Shown in pieces: positions 24,966 to 33,378 of a stretch of 64,000 bases of DNA. The position numbers were made by a program, and so were the translations under genes. The stretch comes from Dehalococcoidia bacterium (lineage in GTDB: Bacteria > Chloroflexota > Dehalococcoidia > Lucifugimonadales > Australimonadaceae): the NCBI GenBank assembly GCA_965242755.1, contig OZ251500.1, positions 1,601,339 through 1,665,338 of the forward strand, written 5' to 3'. How positions within the stretch are numbered: position 1 is the stretch's first letter; each line of letters starts with the position of its first letter. The notes under the pieces were generated by a model. It did no database searches, was not told the DNA's origin, and saw only the letters and a list, made by a program, of their open reading frames with translations.

Positions 24966-26123
24966 CTACGTGTCCCGCTCGCTCGTCGGCCCGACCTCGC
25001 CGGTGCAGTAGGGGATGAACGCCTTCATCCGGCAGGGCGCGCCGTGCTTGGCGAGCTCCGACTCGAAGATGCGGTGAATGTCCGGATCCTCGTCCTCGTA
25101 CTCGATCTGCATCCCGCCTTCCTTGATGCTGACGTTCGACTCGCCCCACTGGCTCGGCTGGCCGTCGCCGCTGCGAAGCGCGAGGTAGCGCGCCGGCTCC
25201 GACCCCGTGTTGAAGTGCTGATGGAACGTCGCCTCCGCCGGCACGATCACCATACCGCCCTTCTTCCACGGCGCGATCTCGTAGTTCCTCTTCTCGTTGT
25301 CCCACCAGAGCGCGGAGAAGCCGACGCCGCCGAGAATCACCAAGTGCGCGCCCGGCCCATGCCGGTGCCCCTTCTTGTACGTGCCGACGGGAAACTCGGA
25401 GATATGCGTCCCCGTCACGTTGCCAGCGAGGTCGAAATGCGTGTTGATGCCGCCCGCGCCCCGGTCGCGGTACTTCCACAGCCGCATCACGTCCGCGTTC
25501 GGCACGAAGTTCGTCTTCCACATCGTCCCGAACTTCGTCCCCTTCCGCTGGTAAAGCGTCCCCTGCCCGTTGAAGAAGTCCTCGTCCTCGCCGGAGAACC
25601 TGTCCGTGAACCGGAACGGGTTGCCGAAGACGAACTCGTCGCTGCGGAACAGCCGCATCACGGGCGGCGCGTTCGTCATCGAGACGTACCGGGCGGGCTC
25701 CGTTCCGCTCCCGTTGAAATGCTGGTAGCGGGCGTTGAGCGGAATCACCAGCAAACTGCCCGCCGCCCACTCGAACGTCGCCTTCTGCCCCTCCTCCAGC
25801 CACACGCTCGTCGCGCCGCGTCCGGAGACGACGTACATCACCTCCTCGTACATATGCGACTCGGGCTCCGACTTCCCGCCGGGCTTGATCTCGACCAGGT
25901 GGGCGTCGTTGGGGAGTTGGGGGTTCGGAATGTTGATGACGGCGCCCTTGCCGCCCTTGCGCTCCCAGTCGCCGAGGTCGACCTCGTTGAGGTCTTCGAA
26001 CTTGTACTCGACGATGCGCTTGACCCCTTCGCGCTCGATCCAGTCGAAGTAGGGGTCGCCCGCCTCCCACATATCCATCTTCTCGGGGATTTCCGCTTCC
26101 CGCAGGTCCGCCGTCGTCGTCAT
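24966..26123 (-). CDS. Bicupin protein (dioxygenase-like), paralog 1
   Basis: Two cupin barrels. The second has 'GTYKKGHRHGPGAHLVILGG' and 'ATFHQHFN' (His-rich metal site). The start is ATG 26123, 8 nt after GGAGG. Closely similar to 46093-47259. Confidence 0.8.
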   Translation of the reverse strand: MTTTADLREAEIPEKMDMWEAGDPYFDWIEREGVKRIVEYKFEDLNEVDLGDWERKGGKGAVINIPNPQLPNDAHLVEIKPGGKSEPESHMYEEVMYVVSGRGATSVWLEEGQKATFEWAAGSLLVIPLNARYQHFNGSGTEPARYVSMTNAPPVMRLFRSDEFVFGNPFRFTDRFSGEDEDFFNGQGTLYQRKGTKFGTMWKTNFVPNADVMRLWKYRDRGAGGINTHFDLAGNVTGTHISEFPVGTYKKGHRHGPGAHLVILGGVGFSALWWDNEKRNYEIAPWKKGGMVIVPAEATFHQHFNTGSEPARYLALRSGDGQPSQWGESNVSIKEGGMQIEYEDEDPDIHRIFESELAKHGAPCRMKAFIPYCTGEVGPTSERDT

Positions 26124-26330
26124 AAGCATCGCCTCCGCCGTCCGGTTGCGGCGTATTCTACCCCAATCGCCGGGAACGCAACCGCGCAAGCCCTCTTCGC
26201 CGGCCCGCGCCGTTCCGCAGGCGCAGCGCGGTGGGGCGCCCTACCCCTGCCCGCGCCGGTGCTCCCCTATCTAGCCGTTTGTCGTCATTCCCGCGTAGGC
26301 GGGAATCCAGGAGGTATGCCGGACGCGGGG

Positions 26331-26618
26331 CTAGTGGCGGAGGTTGACCTGCGCCGCGCCTTCCCCGCCGCGGTCGGGATGGGCGACATGAAAGTTGTCG
26401 ACGTACTGCAGAACGCCCGCGTCGTCCCGCAGAAGGCGCAGCGTTTCGCGGCGGACAGGCCCCGTTCCGTCGCCGCCCTGCCCCTTGCCGTGAATGATGA
26501 ACACGCGGAAATGCTCCGCCCGGTACGCCCTATTGAGGAACTGGACGACCTTATCGCGGACATCGCCCACGCGGGCGCTCATCCGCAGGTTCAGTTCGTC
26601 GGGCGCTTTGCGCGACAT
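26331..26618 (-). CDS. Stand-alone Smr (MutS2 C-terminal-like) domain protein
   Basis: 95 aa. 'ELNLRMSARVGDVRDKVVQFLNRAYRAEHFRVFIIHGKG...' matches the Smr layout (L.L.g......a.......l......g.....iIHGkG). Confidence 0.7.
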   Translation of the reverse strand: MSRKAPDELNLRMSARVGDVRDKVVQFLNRAYRAEHFRVFIIHGKGQGGDGTGPVRRETLRLLRDDAGVLQYVDNFHVAHPDRGGEGAAQVNLRH

Positions 26619-26732
26619 GCGGCTCTCCCATCGTAGGCGCGCGCATCAGGCGCGGCGGCGATTGTACTGCGCCCGTGCCCGCGTTGTGTTATACTCCATA
26701 CTTGATACTTGGCCGAAAGTGCCGAAGGCGAC

Positions 26733-27740
26733 ATGATGGACAACAGCGAACTAGACTCCGACTTACTCCAGGCGGCGGCGAACGCGGATACCTCGACGGT
26801 CGCGGATCTCCTCGACCGTGGCGCGGACATCGTCGCAAAGAGCGATGACGCTGGACGCCGCTGCATTTCGCGGCGTCGAACAACGCAGCCCCTGCCGTGG
26901 CCGCCCTGTTGCTCGCCCGCGGCGCGGACATCGAAGCAAGAGACGAACTCGATTGGACGCCGCTGCACCGTGCGGCGGCACACAACGCAGAGCCCACCGT
27001 CGCCGCCACCCTTCTCGACCGCGGCGCGAACGTTTATGGTGACATCGGCGATGGGTGGACACCCTTGCACCTGGCGGCGAAGAACAACCCAGAGCCCGCC
27101 GTCGCCGCCATCCTCATTGACCACGGCGCGGACGTCGAAGCAAGGATCGACAATGGCTGGACTCCTCTGCACGTTGCGACAATACGCACCCCCAGGTTCC
27201 GCCGTCGCCGCTTTGCTCCTTCACCGGGGGGTGGATATCGAAGCAAGAGACGAATACGGGGGGACGCCTCTGCACTATGCGGCAGCGCACAACAAAGAGC
27301 CTGACGTGGTCGCTCTTCTCCTCGAACGTGGCGCGGACATCGAAGCAAGAAACGAATTCGGTGGGACGCCGCTACACGAGGCTGCAAGGAGAAACGCAGA
27401 GCCAGCCGTCTTCGCTCTTCTCCTTGACCGAGGGGCGGACATCGCAGCAAGAGACGAATTCGGTGGGACGCCGCTGCACCGTGCGGCAGAATCCAATGCT
27501 GCGCCCGCCGTGGTCTCCCTTCTCTTGAAGCGAGGGGCGGACATCGCGGCAAGAGACGAATCCGGCATGACGCCGCTGCACCGTGCGGCAGAATCCAATG
27601 CTGCGCCCGCCGTGGTCTCCCGTCTCTTGAAGCGAGGGGCGGACCCTGACGCTCTTGCGAATGATGGGAGTACGCCCTACGACCTCGCCCTTGGTCGAGA
27701 GAAGCCGAACGAGAAGGTCGCGCGCTTGCTGCGGAGGTGA
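26733..27740 (+). pseudogene. Ankyrin-repeat gene carrying two compensating frameshifts hidden inside an uninterrupted ORF
   Basis: The frame of ATG 26733 gives ankyrin sequence only at 26733 to ~26850 and ~27185 to 27740 ('GGTPLHYAAAHN...LLLERGADIEARNEF'). Between those points the ankyrin reading ('WTPLHFAASNNAAPAVAALLLARGADIEARDELDWTPLHRAAAHN...') is in the frame of ORF 26897-27304. Confidence 0.75.
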
Positions 27741-27762
27741 GGGGTTCGGTTGGGAAAAATGC

Positions 27763-27791
27763 TTGACAAAGGCGCGACGACCTGGTTACAT
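27763..27791 (+). promoter_or_regulatory. Putative sigma70-type promoter for the SIR2 gene
   Basis: TTGACA (27763-27768), 17-nt spacer, TTACAT (27786-27791), located just after the ankyrin stop. An AAGGT Shine-Dalgarno lies 7 nt before ATG 27838. Confidence 0.4.
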
Positions 27792-27837
27792 GGCATCGCC
27801 AAGCGCGGGAGAGCCCCCCGCAGATAAGGTAAAGTCC

Positions 27838-29436
27838 ATGCCTCCAATGAAACAGCGCGACACCAGGCACCTGATCGACCAGATCATCAACCGTAGCGAG
27901 GGCGTGCCGAGCTACGCTCTCCTCTTGGGGGCGGGAGCGTCGGTCACTTCGGGCGTCAAGACTGCCGAGGAGATGGTTCGGGACTGGAGAAGAACTCTGT
28001 ACGAGCGCGCGCTGGTCGACCAGCCCCTCCTCGAGTGGGTCGACATCCAGCCGTGGTACGGGGAGGGGGAGTACGGTCGCTTGTTCGAAATCATGTACGA
28101 TACGCCGCGCCAGCGGCGGATCGCAGTGGAAAACCTCGTGGAGAAGGCGCAGCCCGGTTGGGGATACGCCTACCTCGCCAACTTGCTGGAGCACAAGTAC
28201 TTCGACATCGTGTTCACCACGAATTTCGATGACTTGCTGAGCGAAGCCTGCTATCGCTACACGGACTCCACCAGGCCGTTAGTCGCCGCTCACGACTCGG
28301 CTATGAGGAATCTTCGCGTAAATTCCGCCAGGCCTAAAATCGTCAAAATGCACGGAGATTTTCTATATGACAGCATCAAGAACACGCCTGACGAAACAAA
28401 GTCTCTGGAAAGCAATACAGAGGATAAACTCAAACAGTTCTCCCGCGAATACGGGCTGGTGGTAGTCGGATACAGCGGACGAGATGCTTCCGTGATGAAT
28501 GCACTGAAAGGCGCATTGCGTGACAAAAATTCGTTCCCGAGTGGAATCTATTGGTGCATGCATAAACATGCACAAGACGCTTCATACAGGCTGCAGGAGA
28601 TTGCCAAGGATAAGCGCGTCTTTGTTGTCCGCGTGGACGGGTTTGATGAGTTAATGGCTGAGATCAACGATGCCACGGGGAAAGGTCTGCCCGTTGGACT
28701 ATCGGAGCCTTACAAGTTTACACGTGATCGTGTCAGTATTCTCTACGATGCCAACCCTCTTGCTCTATCTCACCCAATCGTCGATCGAGATGCATCTAGC
28801 ATGCGCGAGGCTTTCTGGAGGCTGCCGGACGAAATTGCTAACATTTTGCCGTTCCCTGTACTAGCCATGCGAGCAGAACATGTTGGAGACCAACAAACTG
28901 CGCTCCGCTGGTGGAGACAAGAATACGAGTTGGGTAGGAAACTGTCAGCTGCCCAAAGTATCATGCGCATCCTTGTGGATGTTGGCGAGTTTGATGAACT
29001 CAGGAAGTTCGTTGAAACAGCTCCAACCACAGTTGACGCAACATACTACCTCTTGCTTGCAGGGGACAATACGGCGGTCATTCGGCGTGCAGACATCGAA
29101 ATTCTTAGGAATAAAGATCTCGAACTTCCGCTTATTAACAAAGCAATCGCCTTTAAGCGGTTGAGGCATTTCGATGAGATGGAAAACGAGCTCGCAATAC
29201 TAGAGGCGCAGATCCGTAGTGGGCGCGCTGATCCTTCAATCGCCCTGCAAGCAGGCATCGCGGCGCTCCGAGGTGTTCGCGCTGATATGATGCGCTTCCT
29301 TCGGGAGGCTCTATATCTGCGCCAAATCACCGTAGATCAGGCGCGGGAGTTCCCTGTGTTTGAAGACTACCGCGAGGACGAGGCCTTCCAAGCCCTGTTG
29401 TCCTCTTACGAGGCTCACGCCGACGAACGCGGCTAG
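27838..29436 (+). CDS. SIR2_2-type (defence-associated sirtuin-like) NAD-binding domain fused to a C-terminal TPR-like helical domain
   Basis: 'ALLLGAGASVTSGV' (GAGxS), 'VFTTNFDDLLSEA' (TTNxD), 'KIVKMHGDF' (catalytic His) and 'LVVVGYSGRD'. The C-terminal ~230 aa is helical-repeat-like and ends 'FPVFEDYREDEAFQALL'. Alternative starts at 27790 and 27847 are possible. Confidence 0.8.
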   Translation: MPPMKQRDTRHLIDQIINRSEGVPSYALLLGAGASVTSGVKTAEEMVRDWRRTLYERALVDQPLLEWVDIQPWYGEGEYGRLFEIMYDTPRQRRIAVENLVEKAQPGWGYAYLANLLEHKYFDIVFTTNFDDLLSEACYRYTDSTRPLVAAHDSAMRNLRVNSARPKIVKMHGDFLYDSIKNTPDETKSLESNTEDKLKQFSREYGLVVVGYSGRDASVMNALKGALRDKNSFPSGIYWCMHKHAQDASYRLQEIAKDKRVFVVRVDGFDELMAEINDATGKGLPVGLSEPYKFTRDRVSILYDANPLALSHPIVDRDASSMREAFWRLPDEIANILPFPVLAMRAEHVGDQQTALRWWRQEYELGRKLSAAQSIMRILVDVGEFDELRKFVETAPTTVDATYYLLLAGDNTAVIRRADIEILRNKDLELPLINKAIAFKRLRHFDEMENELAILEAQIRSGRADPSIALQAGIAALRGVRADMMRFLREALYLRQITVDQAREFPVFEDYREDEAFQALLSSYEAHADERG

Positions 29437-29442
29437 AGACTG

Positions 29443-29527
29443 TTGACTTGCTACCGTGGCAGGTGTAGCATGGTTGATTATAGGAGGTGGAACGATGAAC
29501 GGTCGCCCCCCCCACCCGTGGGAATAG
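29443..29527 (+). promoter_or_regulatory. Promoter-like element plus consensus Shine-Dalgarno and a 10-codon mini-ORF (probable relic of a hicA start)
   Basis: TTGACT (29443-29448), 17 nt, TAGCAT (29466-29471). AGGAGG (29482-29487) lies 7 nt before ATG 29495. The ORF 'MNGRPPHPWE' stops at 29525-29527 and is followed by hairpin GGAGCGC-GTAG-GCGCTCC (29527-29544). Confidence 0.35.
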
Positions 29528-29592
29528 GAGCGCGTAGGCGCTCCCGTTGCAGGTGGCGCTAGCCACTGGGTGCTTCGCTGAATCACCCACGA

Positions 29593-29691
29593 ACCTACAT
29601 CGGCCTCGTGCACAAGGACGCGGGCAGCGACTACGGCGTGCGCTTCCCCGTCCCGCCCGTCTGCGTCGCGCCGGGCGTGACACTGAAGGTG
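29593..29691 (+). pseudogene. HicB-like antitoxin N-terminal fragment
   Basis: 'TYIGLVHKDAGSDYGVRFPVPPVCVAPGVTLKV' resembles the HicB N-terminus (..vlhKdedS.YGV.fPDlPGCfsaGdTlee). There is no ATG, and the frame runs on into the antisense of the permease gene. Confidence 0.4.
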
Positions 29692-29731
29692 CGCCCCCCC
29701 TCGACGGGCTCCGCCGCCGCCCCCCCTACCC

Positions 29732-30568
29732 CTATCCGCGCCGCCGCCATCGGGCGGCGGCGAGCCGCCCGCGCAGCGCGCTCCACGCCAGCGCCGCAAG
29801 GAACGCTCCCGCCGACGTCAGCACGACCGACGGCCCCGACGCGACGTCCAAGTGCCAACTCGCGTAGACGCCGCCTAGCCCGCACGCCGCTCCGATGCCC
29901 GTCGAGAGCAGCGCCATTCGGTTGAAATCGTTCGTGAGCAGCCGCGCCGCCGCCGGCGGAATCACGATGGCCGCCGCGATCATCGTCACCCCCAGCGTCT
30001 GCAGCGACGCCACGATCACGGCGGCGAGCGTCAGCGAGAACAGCGCGTCCACCCACGCCGTCGGCACGCCGTAGAACGCCGCCGTCTCCGGGTCGAACGT
30101 CGTGAAGAGAATATGCTTGTAGCCGACGAACACGCCGACCGCCGCCGCCGCGCTGACCGCCGCGAGCGCGAGCACGTCGCCCCCGCCGACCGCCAGGATG
30201 TTGCCGAAGAGCGCCGCGTCGAAACTGCGCGTGAACGTCGGGAAGCGGCTGATGAGCGCGACGCCGAGCGCGAAACTCGCCGTCGTCACGATCCCAATCG
30301 CCGCGTCCTCGCCGATCTTCCTCTTCCGCGCCGCAAGGTTGATCAGCATCGCCGACGCGAACCCCCACGCGCTCGCGCCGAGGAAGAAGTTGACGGACAG
30401 CATATAACTGACGACCGCTCCGCCGAAGACGGCGTGCGACAGGCCGTGCCCGACGTAGGCCATTCGCCGCAGCACGACGTACACGCCGATGAGCCCGCAC
30501 AGCCCGCCGGCGAGCGTCGCCGCGACCGCTCCGCGAACGAAGAAATCGTACTCAAACGGCGCCAGCAT
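29732..30568 (-). CDS. Metal (Zn/Mn) ABC transporter permease, ABC-3 (ZnuB/MntB-like) family
   Basis: 278 aa and polytopic. 'FEYDFFVRGAVAATLAGGLCGLIGVYVVLRRMAYVGHGLSHAVFGG' is typical of the ABC-3 family. Confidence 0.85.
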   Translation of the reverse strand: MLAPFEYDFFVRGAVAATLAGGLCGLIGVYVVLRRMAYVGHGLSHAVFGGAVVSYMLSVNFFLGASAWGFASAMLINLAARKRKIGEDAAIGIVTTASFALGVALISRFPTFTRSFDAALFGNILAVGGGDVLALAAVSAAAAVGVFVGYKHILFTTFDPETAAFYGVPTAWVDALFSLTLAAVIVASLQTLGVTMIAAAIVIPPAAARLLTNDFNRMALLSTGIGAACGLGGVYASWHLDVASGPSVVLTSAGAFLAALAWSALRGRLAAARWRRRG

Positions 30569-30581
30569 CCCCGCTACCCGT

Positions 30582-31196
30582 CTACCCGCCCGCGCCGCCG
30601 ACCGCCGATTTCAGCGTCGTAAGCCTACGCGCCGCGTCATCCCACATACTGTAGAATTTGGCGGGCGTGACGATTTCCCGGTCTTGAACGTCGCGGATAG
30701 TTAGCGTCCATTTGTAGGCTTGGCTGTCCTTCCTCAACGTCATCTTCTTCGGCGTTGCCGTCCACCGATCATCCGGTTCGTCCCATGGTAGTTCCGACGG
30801 CAACTCGATCGTTCCGTAGACCGCATCAGGGGCGATGTCGATCAGCGCGAGAATGTCGCAGTCGCGGTTGCGGGGCAAGTTCTCATGCTGGAAGGTCTGC
30901 GTCTTCTTCCCCATCGTCGCCGTCTTGACCTCGGCCGTTATCTCGGGCTCTCCGAGTCGCGCCACTTTGATGTCCCACTGCTTGTCCTGCGGATTCGTTT
31001 GAGCGTTTTGCACGACGGAGTCTCCCCTGTCCTGCAGCAAGCGCGACACGAACAACTCCCCGACGTTGCCTCTGGCGTCTATTTCCAGATCAAGCATCTC
31101 TGCGAACGACGCGCCGGTGAACGGGCTTGGCCGCGCGTCCTTCGCCGCGCGAATAGCCCGTATCAGTCTGTCCTTGATTCGGTCGTTCGCCGTCAT
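30582..31196 (-). CDS. Putative type II restriction endonuclease (PD-(D/E)xK-like)
   Basis: 204 aa from ATG 31196, which overlaps the methylase stop (ATGA). 'WDIKVARLGEPEITAEVKTAT' gives a D...E-x-K pattern. GC is lower than in the flanks. Partner of the adjacent methyltransferase. Confidence 0.55.
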   Translation of the reverse strand: MTANDRIKDRLIRAIRAAKDARPSPFTGASFAEMLDLEIDARGNVGELFVSRLLQDRGDSVVQNAQTNPQDKQWDIKVARLGEPEITAEVKTATMGKKTQTFQHENLPRNRDCDILALIDIAPDAVYGTIELPSELPWDEPDDRWTATPKKMTLRKDSQAYKWTLTIRDVQDREIVTPAKFYSMWDDAARRLTTLKSAVGGAGG

Positions 31197-32356
31197 CGGC
31201 GGAATCCTCCCGCGGCGACCACGCCCTCTATGAGGCTCGTTCGCAGGTTTAGCGCGCCGTTCGTGGATCGGAAGGCGACGCTCTCCCAATCGGCGGATCG
31301 GAGCAACCGCGCGATTTCGCTCGCGCATCGTTTCGCCGCGACGCCGTACCCTCTTCGATGGGGCAACTCGTCGAATGTATCGTAAGCCCGCATGCCGTTG
31401 TAGCAGGTGGACGGGAGATAGACGTCGCATTTGTGCAGCATCGCCTTGTTTCTCGTGCTGGATGGAGCGCCGCCGTCGGACAAGGAATAGACCCTGACGT
31501 AGTCCGAAACGTCTGGGCGGGAGGCGGGCGGGATTCGTTCCCTTCCGACCTTCGTCCACACTTGAAACACCGTGGCGACTTCCACGTCCCTCCCGTCCGG
31601 ATATTGGAACGAGTCCGGCGGCAACGGCTTGCTGAGCGCCAGGGCGTAGCGCGAGTCCACTCGCTTGCTAGCCGCCCCTTTGCCGTCGCTCTCAAACGAC
31701 TGCGGGAGAATGAACCCGACGATGTCGGCGAATTCCGCCGAGTGGTTAATGAACTTCAGCGCGAGGTGACCGCGGAGTCCGAACGGCGGGTTGCCGACCA
31801 CGACGCACCGGAGCCCTTCGCGAGGCCGCCATGCCAGGTAGTCCTGATAGACCAGTCCCTGGTGCGGCACGATGTCTATGCCGGTGCGCCTATCCGATGG
31901 GAGGACGTTGTAGAAGCAACCCGAGCCGGCGGACGGGTCAATGAAATGGTAGTCGTCGGGGTTCGCCCCGAGCGTTCCGACCATCGTTTCGTTGAGCATC
32001 GCCACGCAGGACTCGCCTACCTCGGGTTTGGTGTAGAAGGCGTCCACGTCGCGCGGAGCGGGCGATCCGATTGCGACGGAGGCGCCGCGCATAATGCGCT
32101 CGATGTCGCGAACGTAAGCGGGAGGGACGCGGTTGGTTTCCCTCCAGCGGCGCAAGGTTCCCTTATGCAACCCCAATCGGGCGGCGGATTCGTCCACTCC
32201 CAGCAGACGCTCCATCTTGCGGTAGAGGGCTAGGGGAGCAGTCGCATCTGTGGCAGGGAAGGAGCCGTATATCGCGCCCGGGTTGTCCAACTCAAGGAGC
32301 GTCCTGCTGGGGAAGGGGGGCGCGTTGAATGCGGAGTGGTCTGTTCCGGCTTCCAT
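31193..32356 (-). CDS. N6-adenine DNA methyltransferase (gamma-type motif order) with an N-terminal HTH-like segment
   Basis: Motif I 'FIDPSAGSGCF' precedes motif IV 'VVVGNPPFG'. The N-terminus 'GVDESAARLGLHKGTLRRWRE' looks like an HTH. Confidence 0.8.
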   Translation of the reverse strand: MEAGTDHSAFNAPPFPSRTLLELDNPGAIYGSFPATDATAPLALYRKMERLLGVDESAARLGLHKGTLRRWRETNRVPPAYVRDIERIMRGASVAIGSPAPRDVDAFYTKPEVGESCVAMLNETMVGTLGANPDDYHFIDPSAGSGCFYNVLPSDRRTGIDIVPHQGLVYQDYLAWRPREGLRCVVVGNPPFGLRGHLALKFINHSAEFADIVGFILPQSFESDGKGAASKRVDSRYALALSKPLPPDSFQYPDGRDVEVATVFQVWTKVGRERIPPASRPDVSDYVRVYSLSDGGAPSSTRNKAMLHKCDVYLPSTCYNGMRAYDTFDELPHRRGYGVAAKRCASEIARLLRSADWESVAFRSTNGALNLRTSLIEGVVAAGGFRR

Positions 32357-32530
32357 CCCCCCATCCTTTCTGCAAGTCTAGTCCGCTCGCCGCGAACTCA
32401 TCCCCAACAAGGTCTTCCTTTGATTATAGGCGCTAGCGGCGCGTCAATCCCGCCGCCGCCGTCGCGCCGAGGGCAATCGTAGGCGAGAGCGAAGGGCGGC
32501 GCAAGGGGAGAATGTCCGATTGGGGATAGG

Positions 32531-33370
32531 TTACGCGGAGGTCTCCCGATCCGCATGCGCCGACGACCCGAAGCGGTGCGGCGACTCCGTGACCATCGTC
32601 ATCCCCTCGTGCTCGATCACGCGCAGATCGGCGCCGTAGGCGCGCTTCAGCGCGGCGGGCGTCAGCGCGTCCCGCGGCGGCCCGTCCGCGACGACGCTCC
32701 CGTTTAGGCAAACCACGCGCGGGAGGTGCGCCGCCACCGCGTTGATCTCGTGCGTCGTCATCAGGATCGTCACGCCCTGGTGGTTGAGGTCGTGCAGGAG
32801 ATGCAGCGCGTCGTCCCGCGTCTTGATGTCCACCCCCATCACCGGCTCGTCCAGCAGCAGCAGGCGCGGACTGCTCGCCAGCGCCCTCGCAAGGAACACG
32901 CGCTGCCGCTGCCCGCCCGACAACTCGCGGATGTGCCGCTTGGCCAGCCCTGCGATCCCCAGCCGCTCCATCATGCCGAACACGGCCTCTTTGTCGCGCT
33001 TGCTGCGCCACGGCAGCGCCCAGCGCTCCGCCGTCCGCCCCATCAGCGCCGCTTGCTCCACCGTGACGGGGAACCGCCAGTCGATCGTCTCGAGTTGCGG
33101 AACGTAGCCCGCGCGGGGACGCCGCTCCCGAACCGAGCGCCCCTCGACGAGCGCGTCGCCTTCGAACAGCCGCGCCGCGCCCAGCAGCGTCCGCAGCAGC
33201 GTCGTCTTGCCGGCGCCGCTCGGACCGAGCAGCCCCACGAACTCCCCGCGCTCCACGGTCAGATTCAGTCCGCTCAGCACGGGCGGCGACCCGTCGTAGC
33301 CGCACGCCGCTCCGCGCAACTCCACGACCGGAGCGCCTCCCTGCGGCTGATGCGGCGACGGATGCAGCAT
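32531..33370 (-). CDS. Metal ABC transporter ATP-binding protein (ZnuC/MntA-like)
   Basis: Walker A 'GPSGAGKTT', signature 'LSGGQRQR', Walker B 'LLLLDEP'. The start is ATG 33370; the upstream part of the track ORF overlaps the binding-protein gene out of frame. Confidence 0.9.
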   Translation of the reverse strand: MLHPSPHQPQGGAPVVELRGAACGYDGSPPVLSGLNLTVERGEFVGLLGPSGAGKTTLLRTLLGAARLFEGDALVEGRSVRERRPRAGYVPQLETIDWRFPVTVEQAALMGRTAERWALPWRSKRDKEAVFGMMERLGIAGLAKRHIRELSGGQRQRVFLARALASSPRLLLLDEPVMGVDIKTRDDALHLLHDLNHQGVTILMTTHEINAVAAHLPRVVCLNGSVVADGPPRDALTPAALKRAYGADLRVIEHEGMTMVTESPHRFGSSAHADRETSA

Positions 33371-33378
33371 TCGCCCAT

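Noticed and set aside
22609-26070. An 1153-aa ORF suggesting a giant fusion protein.
   Set aside because: Only the part downstream of ATG 24918 is membrane-protein-like. The upstream ~380 codons overlap the bicupin gene (24966-26123) in another frame and read as Arg/Gly-rich noise.
26331-29436. Smr, ankyrin and SIR2 as a single three-gene operon or system.
   Set aside because: Smr is divergently transcribed. The ankyrin gene is frameshifted and GC-rich. The SIR2 gene has its own promoter-like element and a different composition. Adjacency alone does not support a functional unit, so only SIR2-TPR is put forward.
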